This document shows positions 12,168-22,223 of a stretch of 64,000 bases of DNA, piece by piece. The DNA comes from Haplodiscus bocki (Eukaryota), in the NCBI GenBank assembly GCA_965655095.1, contig OZ296651.1, positions 5,642,001 through 5,706,000 on the forward strand. The letters are read 5' to 3'. Position 1 is the stretch's first letter, and every line of letters starts with the position of its first letter. The position numbers and the translations under genes are program-made. The notes below the pieces were generated by a model. That model had not been told where the DNA came from and ran no database searches. It was given only the letters and a program-made list of their open reading frames with translations.

Positions 12168-14329
12168 CACGTTGTTCGGCAGGCCTTCAAAGCTTCAAAA
12201 AAACACATCAAGATGAGGTTCAACTAATTGCAAATGAAAAGAAAAACAAAGACTTGGAATATCGCGGCATCGATGTCTTCGTTGCGTAAACTATTCAGAA
12301 TTAAATATACGGTCCATGTCGGTTAGGAATAATTATTGAGAACAGCTGGAAGATATACACAAACAATCGCGAACTCTCCCTCGAAACATTTCACAATAGC
12401 GACTCGACATAGTGAAGGTTTAAATGAACAGCAACAAATCGGAGTTTCACCATTCAGTTTACGGAGGGACTGAAAAACAATGTCTAGCATTAAAAAATGT
12501 TCTCCATCGAAAATGAGTGAGCTATCGTAGTAAGAGTTTGGCTGTGACACGTCCAAAAAAATCAAATTGAGTCACCTCCAACATCAGGACAAACCAAAAA
12601 AGATCAAGTCTGCCAATCCATACCATTTCCACGTAGCTGCCAAACGAAAAAAAAAACCGAAACTCCCACTACAGGACTCGAAACCACTGCCTGCTACATA
12701 CGTGGCTAACGCTTTTCCCATTAGCTCACACGGCTCAACTTGTTCCTCAGGCCTTCAAAGTTCCATGCAAACACGCATCAAGATACGGCCTAGCTCATCT
12801 CAAATGACAACAATAACAAGGATTTGATAAATCGCGACATCAAAGTGTTCGTTGCGTAACTAATAAGAAGTAATTATATGGGCTAAATCGGTTTGAACAA
12901 AATCAAGGGACCGGCCTGCAGGTATACACAAATACTCGCGACCCGGAGGCAACAAGTAAGCACTCTTCACGCGATCAGGAACCAGGAAAGCACTCTCCCT
13001 CAAAACATTTTACACCAGCGACTCGACATGGTCAAATTTGTAATGACCAGCAACAAAACGAAGTTTTACCTTTCAAATTACGGAGGGACTGAAAAACAAT
13101 GTTTATCATTAAAGAATGTTCTCCATCGAAAATGAGTGAACTATCGTAGTGAAAGTTTGGCTATGACACGTCCAAAAAAAAAAACAAAATTGAGTCACCT
13201 CCAACAGCAGAACAAACCAAAAAAGACCAGATTCTGCCAATCGACACCATGTCCACATAGCTGCCAAACGAAAAAAACCGAAACTCCCACTGCAGGACTC
13301 GAACCCACAGCCTTCTACATAGGTGGCTAACGCCTTTCCCACTAGCTCACACTGCTCAACTTAATCATCAGACCTTCAAAGTTCCCCGCAAACATGCATC
13401 AGGATACGGCCTAACTCATGGCAACTGAAAAGAATAACCAGGACTTGATAAATCGGACAATCGAATTGTTCGTTGCGTAACTAATAACAAGTAATTATAT
13501 GGGCTATATCGGTTTGAACAAAATCAAGGGACCGGCCTGCAGGTATACACAAATACTCGCGAACCGGAGGCAAAAAGTGCGCAATTTCCACGAGATCAGG
13601 AACCAGGAAAGCACTCTCCCTCAAAACATTTTACACCAGCGACTCGACATGGTCAAATTTGTAATGACCAGCAACAAAACGAAGTTTTACCTTTCAAATT
13701 ACGGAGGGACTGAAAAACAATGTTTATCATTAAAGAATGTTCTCCATCGAAAATGAGTGAACTATCGTAGTGAAAGTTTGGCTATGACACGTCCAAAAAA
13801 AAAAACAAAATTGAGTCACCTCCAACAGCAGAACAAACCAAAAAAGACCAGATTCTGCCAATCGACACCATGTCCACATAGCTGCCAAACGAAAAAAACC
13901 GAAACTCCCACTGCAGGACTCGAACCCACAGCCTTCTACATAGGTGGCTAACGCCTTTCCCACTAGCTCACACGGCTCAACTTGTTCATCAGGCCTTCAA
14001 AGTTCCCCGCAAACATGCATCAGGATACGGCCTAACTCATGGCAACTGAAAAGAATAACCAGGACTTGATAAATCGGACAATCGAATTGTTCGTTGCGTA
14101 ACTAATAACAAGTAATTATATGGGCTATATCGGTTTGAACAAAATCAAGGGACCGGCCTGCAGGTATACACAAATACTCGCGAACCGGAGGCAAAAAGTG
14201 CGCAATTTCCACGAGATCAGGAACCAGGAAAGCACTCTCCCTCAAAACATTTTACACCAGCGATTTCCACACATTTCCAGGATTTTTCGAAATATATGAA
14301 ATAAACATTGGAAATCATCGTTTTCGGGC

Positions 14330-17165
14330 TTTTGCAATTCGTTGACATTCGTTCCGAAGTAGTTTCCAAATAAATTAGCCAGATAAACCGCTCGCATACA
14401 AAAGTAACTTGCTTGTTTTTGTTTGAAATATTTACTGGTTTTAAAAGCTCCGATCTCCTTCATTCTTGTTTTCCCTTCTTCTAGTTTTCTAGTTGCACAA
14501 AATTTTGCCAATCAAGGTCGTACGTATTCAAGACGATTTGTATAAACAACAGTAAGACATGCATTTCGTGGTACAAAGCAAGGCTTAGAAGATTAATTCG
14601 TCGTAATCGCTCCTTGTATTCTAGCTGACTTGTTCCCAGTATCCATTTGCGTGCTTTCATTTGAATTGACTCGATCGCTTTCAAGTCTGTTTTACTCGGT
14701 TTCCAAAGGACGGCACCATAAAATAAAATTGGTACAATGTAGCTACGGTATAGATTCCTTCTAGTTGTCCAGGGTGTCCCACTGGCGATGTTTTGCTTGA
14801 TAGTGAAAAATGCTTTCATGGTCTTTTCGCATCTTCTTTCTATCTGTGCTGTTCAGGTTAGATCGTTTGAGATAATGAAGCCCTGATTGTTTTCAACGAT
14901 ACTGTTTTCAAGTTGATGACCTTGTATAGTGACTTTTGCTATACCTTTCAAACACAGAACTTTAATTTTTTTCAAATCAAGACTCATGAGATTGCTGGAG
15001 CATCATCTCCATTTTTTATGGGCCTCAATTTGGAGTGTTATCCCGTTTTTTGCTACAATTTTATAGTCAACCGCATATCCGAAGCAAGTTGACATGACAC
15101 ATTGTGGAAGATCATTAATAAAAAGGATAAAAAAGGTCCAAGTACAGATCCTTGTGGGACTCCACTTTGCAAAACAAGTTCACTTGAGACAGATGATCCA
15201 ATTTTAACTTTCTGCTTTCTTCACAAGTTCACTTGAGACAGATGATCCAATTTTAACTTTCTCTTTTCTTCACAAATTCATTTGAGACAGATGATCCAAT
15301 TTTAACTTTCTGTTTTTTTTCCTTTCCGATAGCTGCTAATTGGTTCTAGTACACCTCCTCTGATGTCTGCGTTTGTCAATTTTTCCAATAACTTTCCATG
15401 GGAGACCTTGTCGAAGGCTTTTTCGAAGTCCAAGTACATCGTTGCTAAGGTCGTCGAGTCGAGGTTGTCAAAGATTTCAGTCATACACATTATCATCTGC
15501 GTGATGTACGAACGGTTTTTGCGGAACCCGTATTGTTCAGGGGCAATTATGTCTTTGATTACTTCAAAGTAGAGTTTTCCAAAGATTAAAGTCTCTTGAA
15601 GTTTTGAAGTGCAGGAGAGAAGAGAGATGAAGAGGTAATTAGCTACGTTTTGTTTATCGCGGTCTTTGAAGAAGGATAAAAATTCACTGGTTTTCCAGGC
15701 AATTGGATATGTATATTTGTTTGCAATTGTGTTGAACACTAGTGATAATGATTTGCAAAGTGAGTTGGACAGTTTTCTGTGCGGTAAAATTCCTAGCCCA
15801 TCGGGACTTTTTGCTTTGGCAACATCGAGGTTTTCAAGAGCAGATTTTGTTTCGGATTGAGTGAAATGCACGTTCTCAATTTTCATTGGTGATTTGAGTT
15901 CTGGTTTGCTTTGGTAGTCAGTTGAAGTGAAGACAGGTTGCGCAAAGATGTTGAGAAGCCCAGCTTTTTCCAGACCTGTTGTGCCAATTTCAATTTCCAA
16001 GAACATTTCCGCAGGGATTTGTGTAGTCTTCTTGATACGTTTGAAAGAATTCTGAATATCTGAGAACTTTCCACCGGGAAAAACGGTATTCTCGAAGTTA
16101 AATTGATCAGTCTCTAGGGCTAGAAGTATGTTTCCTTTCAGCGCTTCTAATCTCCTCTGACGGTTTTCGTTGGCTTGTTTTTGAAGTGCCTTCTGAAGCG
16201 TTTGTTTCCTTTTAATGAGATTGGAGGTTTCATTTGATACCCAGGAGGCAAAGCTCATTCTATGTCTTGTCTTCGTTGGGATGTGAGATTGAAAACATTT
16301 GTATAGCCATTTATACCACAGCGAAACCCTCATATCAACATTGATGAGGCAAAATGGGACAAAGGGATTTCATCGATGTTTTTAGATAAGGAGGCCCAAT
16401 CAGCTCGTGTGTAAGAAAAGACGGTGAAATCGTTCTTTTCGGCTTCCTTCGGTTGAATTCTGCTCGGTACCCGCTCTGTTCTGAAAGCTTCAGCCGATAT
16501 GGCAGGTGATCGGACTTATAAAGGGTCTTCATTCTATTATCAGCAGAAACGTGTCAGTGTTATTTGTGAGAATAACGTCCAGTATCTTGCTCCTAGTAGT
16601 TATTTCTTGTTGGAAACTGTTTTCGAGTTTTTCTACAACGAGAGCTTCGCTGTAGTCAGTTGATCGCATTTGCTTTCAATTTGTGTTTTCAAAGTTTATA
16701 TCACCTACGACGAGTATAGTTTCACATGCGAGTTTTTTCGACTCGGCAATGAGCAGGTCTATCAAATCAATCATTGGTTGCGGTGGAATTCGGTAGTGGC
16801 TTGGTTTTGGTGCACTGTAGACACAACAAATAAGATAATCAACTTCATGTGAAGAGATTTTTACTGTCACTGTTTCTAAGTACTTTGGATCAAAGCGAAT
16901 TCCAGTGTGTTGAAAATGCGACTTTACAGCTATTAGCACGCCTACGTGCTTGATTTTAGCGTCAGTTGAGAGTCTGTCGTTTCTATGTAAAGAGTAGCTT
17001 TTTAGGAATGAAGCGGTGTGGAGAAGTGCACTTACTAGCTAAGTTTCCGTTAAGCAGAGAGGGTCATAGTAATCACTGATTGAAATGGCATTGGAGAGAC
17101 ACATTCGCTTACTTAAATCAATCAAGCTCTGAACATTGTGGAGAAGAATGAATGTGATTTTGTAC
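14330..17165 (-). pseudogene. LINE ORF2 remnant: APE endonuclease and reverse transcriptase
   Basis: Endonuclease motifs: LLHNVQSL, DPLCLTET*L, GVLIAVK, VVGDINF, ILDVILTN, SDHLP. RT motifs: KAKSPDGL, QYGFRKNRS, YLDFEKAFDKVSH, SGVPQGSVL, INDLPQ and YAVD (catalytic YADD mutated, 15066-15077). C-terminal region: LYRSYIVPILFYGAVLWKP. Confidence 0.93.
15174..15320. repeat. 49-bp tandem triplication inside the LINE RT domain
   Basis: acaagttcacttgagacagatgatccaattttaactttctgctttcttc, or close variants, starts at 15174, 15223 and 15272. Confidence 0.92.
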
Positions 17166-17199
17166 TGGTGGAGCAGTAAGTCATTTTCCTGAATTTTAA

Positions 17200-18038
17200 T
17201 TTTTGCTAATTTCTTTTTCTTGCCATGTTTCTCCTATTTTTTCATACGACTTTAGGTCACGTATCCTAACATGTGTCCGAATGGTCCCATTTTCTATCAT
17301 CTCCTTCCTGTTTATGAGATTTTCCATCTCGAGTTTCGCTTCTGTACATTAGGTTCCTTGCTTACAAAGCTGTTGACTGTAATTTTTTAGTTTTGCGACT
17401 GAGAGCAAGATAAGATTTCGATGCCATTTATTTGCGACTTCAAACACTAATGTTCTAATACGGTTTACTTGTTGTTCTCCTATTCTTCGTAGTTCCGTGA
17501 TTTCGCAGTCAAATTATAGAAAGTTTAGCATAGCTTTTATTTCTCTAATATCTTTCTCGTTTCTTTCCCTAGCACTCTCAGCGTCATTTTCCTGAAGACC
17601 TCGTATTCTTATCCCGTCAAATTCCTTTGCGCTACTTTGTTGTCGTGATGATTGCCGGAGATGGTTTAGGACGTTCACTTGACTTTTGCTCGGAAGAAAC
17701 TTTCAGGTCAGTTATCGCTTTCTTAATACCGTTCATTTCAGTTTGTGGCGACTTGAACTTTTTATCCTCAATTGGCGCCTGCTGTTGAATTTTGGATGGG
17801 GATTCAATTAGCTTGTCATATTTTTTAAGAGCAACACAGTTCTTGCAGATGAGGAGTGCATTTTGGCCCACCTCTTTTATCCCCAAGATTGCAGTTGTGT
17901 GAACTTCTCGTTGAGATGCATCCTACACCCGCAAGTGAAACAGTGAAAATCTTCCTCGTTTGCTGGAATTTCTTTATTGCATGTTAGGCAAAATGAGAGA
18001 GATTCCATTGCGGATTGTAACCTAGTTCTGTTTGACAT
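17200..18038 (-). pseudogene. LINE ORF1 remnant: PHD finger, coiled coil and C-terminal domain
   Basis: ATG at 18038 gives MSNRTRLQSAMESLSFCLTCNKEIPANEEDFHCFTCGCRMH. After a frameshift it reads LGIKEVGQNALLICKNC, completing a PHD-like Cys/His pattern. A later frame reads GIRIRGLQENDAESARERNEKDIREIKAMLNFL*FDCEITELRRIGEQQVNRIRTLVFEV, typical of CR1/L2 ORF1. The left end is approximate. Confidence 0.8.
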
Positions 18039-19600
18039 AGTTTAAGAGAAGGCTCAAAAATAACAAAACTGTCTCTCCTGTAACCTAGTATTCAAGACCA
18101 GGTCAATAGGATATAGAGCAACTCAGTTCCGAGCCTTTAACAAGAAAGCAAGACTTACTCAATTGACGCTGTTCTGGCTCTGCGCAAGGAGTTTTACCTT
18201 CTTCTCTTGTTTAGACGTTTAGGATGTTTTTTCCCAATAATGCGCTTCGCAACTCCTTTATGCCTTAGCACGATAAAGAAGGTTTTCAATTCAGTGGTAG
18301 TAGATTGATGAAGCTGTCGATACTTTTTCAATTCCCGGTTGTTTTTCTCTTTTCGTTTTCAGAAGATATCTCTGGTGATGCCGACTACAGGCAAGTTTGC
18401 TGTTTTTAGATCCTGTTAAAAATTGGGTGTTCCGCCTCTTTGACAGTAAATTATTTAACGTATTATTCTCGAAAAAAGCTTCAATTGGTTTGCTAATTCT
18501 TTCCCCGAGTAGGGACTACTTTCGTAGTTGTTCTCATGCGACGTTAAAGAGTTATTTATTGCGCCGGGCCGAATAACCACTGCTTCGATTTTGAATTTAT
18601 TCAAAAAAATAGCCGACTTCGATCGTTTTGGTGTCTCCTCGTGGCAATTGAGACCAGCGATAGTTGTTAGAACAAGTCCTATCCTCTTCAGTCTCTGCTT
18701 TGCCTTGAAAGAAAGGGTTCGTAGAGCCGAGAATAGTGAACTGGCAGCAAAAACTCTCAAAAATTGACCATCAAATCAATAAAGGGCCACCGTGGCTGCC
18801 CTCATATAGCAACTGAAAAAACACTATTTAATAAGACACTTTTTAATAGTAAGGCTGTGACATGTCCAAAAAGATCACCTTTGAGTCTACTTTAAAACCA
18901 AAAGAAACTGAAAAGGAGACCACATTCTGCCAATCCACACCATGTCCACATAGCTGCCAAACGAAAAAAAAACACAATCTTCCACTACACGACTCGACAC
19001 CACAAACTTCTACTTAGGTGACACCCTTCTTCTCCATCTGGCCACGCTTCTCATGTTGTTTGATAGGCCTTCAACTCTCCATGCAAACACGCACCAAGAT
19101 ACGGCCTAACTCATGGCAAACGAAAAGATTACCAAAGAACTTGATGCATCGCGACCTCGAAGTGATCGTTGCGTAAATAAGAGGTAAATATATGGGCAAT
19201 ATCGGTTCGAAAGAACTCAAGGGACCGACCTGCAGGCATACACAAATACTCGCAAACCGGAGGCCAAAAGTGCGCACATTTTCCAAAAGATCAGGAACCA
19301 GGAAAACACTCTCCCTCAAAACATTTTACACCAGCGCCTCTACATACTCAAATTTGAAATGACCAGCAAAAAAAAGAAGTTTACCTTTTAAATTTACGCA
19401 AGCACCGAAAAACAATGTCTATCATTTAAAAATGTTCTTCATCGAAAATGAGTGAACTATCGTGATGGGATAGTGTGGCTGTGACACGTCCAAAAACATT
19501 AAAAAATGAGTCGCCTCCAGCAGCAGAACAAACAAAATAATGACCAGATTCTGCCAATCCAAACCATGTCCGCATAGCTTCGAACCCCAAAAAATCGGAA

Positions 19601-19673
19601 CAGCCACGACCGGACTCGACCCCGCAATCTTCTACTTAAGAGGCAGACGCCTTTACCATTCAGCCACGAGGCT
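19601..19673 (-). pseudogene. tRNA-Arg-derived pseudogene with CTT anticodon
   Basis: AGCCTCG TG GCTG AATGGTAA AGGC G TCTGC CTCTTAA GTAGA AGATT GCGGG GTCGAGT CCGGT CGTGGCT G. The anticodon arm is intact; the D stem is disrupted, T54 is changed to G, and the T stem has a mismatch. Confidence 0.78.
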
Positions 19674-20224
19674 CATGTTGTTCGGCAGGCCTTCAAAGCT
19701 CCATGCAGACACGCATCAAGATACGGTTCAACTCATTTCAAATGAAAGGAATAACAAAGACTTGATATATCGCCACATCGAAGTGTTCGTAGCGTAACTA
19801 CTCAGAAATAAACATGTGGGCTATATCTGTTTGAACAAACTTAAGGGACCGGTCTGAAGATATACACAAAATCTCGCGAACCCGAGGCAAAAAATGCGCA
19901 TATTTCCGAAAAGTTCAGGAACCAGGAAAGCACCAAACCTCAGAACACTTTACACCAGCGACTCTACATAGTCAAACTTGAAATGACCGGCAGCAAAATG
20001 AAGTTCAACCTTCAATTTAAGGAAGGATTGAAAAACAGTGTCCATCATCAGAGAATGTTCATCATCGAAAATGAGTGAACTATTGTAGTGGGATAGTGTG
20101 GCTGTGAGATTTCCAATAAAAAATCACTTCTGAGTCTACTCCAACAGAAGAAACTGAAAAGGAGACAACATTCTGCCAATCCACACCATTTCCACGTAGC
20201 TTCCAACTTTTAAAAAAATCGGAA

Positions 20225-20297
20225 TAGCCACGACAGAACTCGAACCCGCAATCTTCTACTTAGGAGGCAGACGCCTTTTCCATTATGCCACGCGTCT
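20225..20297 (-). pseudogene. tRNA-Arg(CCT) pseudogene, fairly well preserved
   Basis: AGACGCG TG GCAT AATGGAAA AGGC G TCTGC CTCCTAA GTAGA AGATT GCGGG TTCGAGT TCTGT CGTGGCT A. The CCT anticodon arm is intact; the acceptor and D stems have mismatches and C61 is changed to T. Confidence 0.8.
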
Positions 20298-20423
20298 CAC
20301 GTTCGCTAGGCCTTCAACGCTCCACGCAAACATGCATCAAGATACGGCCTAACTCATGGCAAACGAAAATATTACCGAAGAACTTGATGTATCGCGACAT
20401 CGAAGTGATCGTTGCGTAAATAA

Positions 20424-21063
20424 GTAGCAAAGTATTTTATTTTCTCAAACGGAATGTTCCCTTTGGAACTGTCAGTTCAAAGAAGCTTTTATAACAGTCT
20501 CTTATACTTTCCGTTTTACTTTACGGCTCTCCGGTATGGGTACCATCAATAGCTTATTTTAGAAAGTTGGAAAAGTTTCAAATGAAGGTTCTAAATTGGA
20601 TTGGTTCTGAAAGAGATTATGTTTCAGCACTCAAACTTCACGGCTTGCTCCCCATATGCCACCAGATGATTATTGCAGAGGTTGTTCTGCTCTGGAAGCT
20701 ATGCAATGGTCTTGTGGACATTGGGTATAATCTACAATTCAGCTCTCGACCAACTCGCTCTTCTACACAGGGTCTTCTGGAAGTCCCAAAAACGAAAAAA
20801 ATCTCCACTGAAGCGAACTTTTTCGTTCGAGCTACAAGATCAACTAACGAATTAATCCGACTCGGAGCGATAAACTTACATATGCCGCTCAGTAGTCTTA
20901 AAACTTCGTTATACAGATTTTTCACCCGAAAAATTGAGTCCTTCAATTATAATAATCCTTGTTGCTATTTTGTGAAATGTTATTGCAGTACATGCCGTAA
21001 ATGATGTGCGTTCCGATGCATTTCTTTGTTTTTATTACCTCCACGGAATGGAATTAAGTCTTT

Positions 21064-21095
<32 letters not shown>

Positions 21096-21105
21096 ATACT
21101 ACTAC
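20424..21105 (+). mobile_element. 5'-truncated CR1/L2-type LINE (ORF2 3' end, 3'UTR, (TAC)n tail) with 7-bp target-site duplication TAAATAA
   Basis: The frame reads SKVFYFLKRNVPFGTVSSKKLL*QSLILSVLLYGSPVWVPSIAYFRKLEKFQMKVLNWI...NFFVRA...CCYFVKCYCSTCRK* (stop at 21004). The (TAC)n tail spans 21064-21105. TAAATAA occurs at 20417-20423 and 21106-21112; removing the insert and one copy restores the unit sequence gttgcgtaaataatcagag. Confidence 0.93.
21064..21105 (+). repeat. (TAC)n microsatellite forming the LINE 3' tail
   Basis: About 14 TAC units with one TAA interruption. Confidence 0.95.
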
Positions 21106-22150
21106 TAAATAATCAGAGGTAAATAAATGGGCTATATCGGTTACGACAAAATATAGAGACCGGTCTGAAAATATACATTAAAACTCGCGAACCCGAAGCA
21201 AAAAGTGCGCATAGTTTCCAAAAACCCATGAACCAGAAAAGCACCATACCTCAAAACATTTTACACCAGCGACTCTACGTACTCAAAATTGAAATGACCA
21301 GCAAAAAATGAAGTTTACCCTTTGAATTTACGGAAGGACCGAAAAACAATGTCTATCATTTAAAAATGTTCTTCATCGAAAATGAGTGAACTATTGTGAT
21401 GGGATAGTGTGGCTGTGACACGTCCAAAAACATTAAAAATTGAGTCGCCTCCAGCAGCAGAACAAACCAAAATAATGACCAGATTCTGCCAATCGACACC
21501 ATGTCCACATAGCTGCCAAACGAAAAAAAAACACACAATCTTTCACTACAGGACTCGACACCACAAACTTCTACTTAGGTGACACATTTCTTCTCCATCT
21601 GGCCACGCTTCTCACGTTGTTTGATAGGCCTTCAACTATCCATGCAAACACGCACCAAGATACGGCCTTACTCATGGCAAACGAAAATACTACCAAAGAA
21701 CTTCATATATCGCGGCATCGAAGTGATCGTTGCGTAAATAATCAGAGTTAAATATATGGGCTATATCGGTTTGAAAGAACTCAAGGGACCACCCTGCAGG
21801 TATACACAAATACTCGCAAACCGGAGGCCAAAAGTGCCCACATTTTCCAAAAGATCAGGAACGAGGAAAACACTCACCCTGATAACATTTTACAACAGCG
21901 GATTGACCTACTCAAATTCGAAATGACCAGCAAAAAAATGAAGTTTAACCTTTAATTTACAGAAGGACTGAAAAACAATAATTATCAACAAAGAATGTTC
22001 TCCACCGAAAAAGAGTGACCTATCGTAGTAAGATAGTGTGGCTGCGACATGTCCAATTAAAACTCAGTCGCCTCCAACAGCAGAACAAACCACAAAATGA
22101 CCAGACTCTGGCAATCACACCATGTCCACGTAGCTGCCAACTCAAAAAAA

Positions 22151-22223
22151 CAGCCACGACAGGACTCGACCCCGCATTCTTCTACTTAGGAGTCAGACGC
22201 CTTTACCATTCAGCCACGAGGCT
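22151..22223 (-). pseudogene. tRNA-Arg(CCT) pseudogene
   Basis: AGCCTCG TG GCTG AATGGTAA AGGC G TCTGA CTCCTAA GTAGA AGAAT GCGGG GTCGAGT CCTGT CGTGGCT G. It shares the D-arm and T54 lesions with 19601-19673. Confidence 0.78.

Larger units (their letters stand above)
14264..18845 (-). mobile_element. Decayed, near full-length non-LTR retrotransposon (CR1/L2-type LINE), 3' tail missing
   Basis: The array stops after tttacaccagcga (14263) and resumes at ~18846-18853 (ggctgtgacatgtcc). Between these points the minus strand encodes ORF1 and APE+RT motifs in canonical order, with many stops and frameshifts. The right boundary is approximate. I see no tail and no target-site duplication. Confidence 0.92.

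Noticed and set aside
14264-21112. tRNA-targeted retrotransposition (like Dictyostelium TRE elements)
   Set aside because: The two LINE ends lie ~120-130 bp from a tRNA module, but on opposite sides and from different families. With a 615-bp period this proximity is expected by chance.
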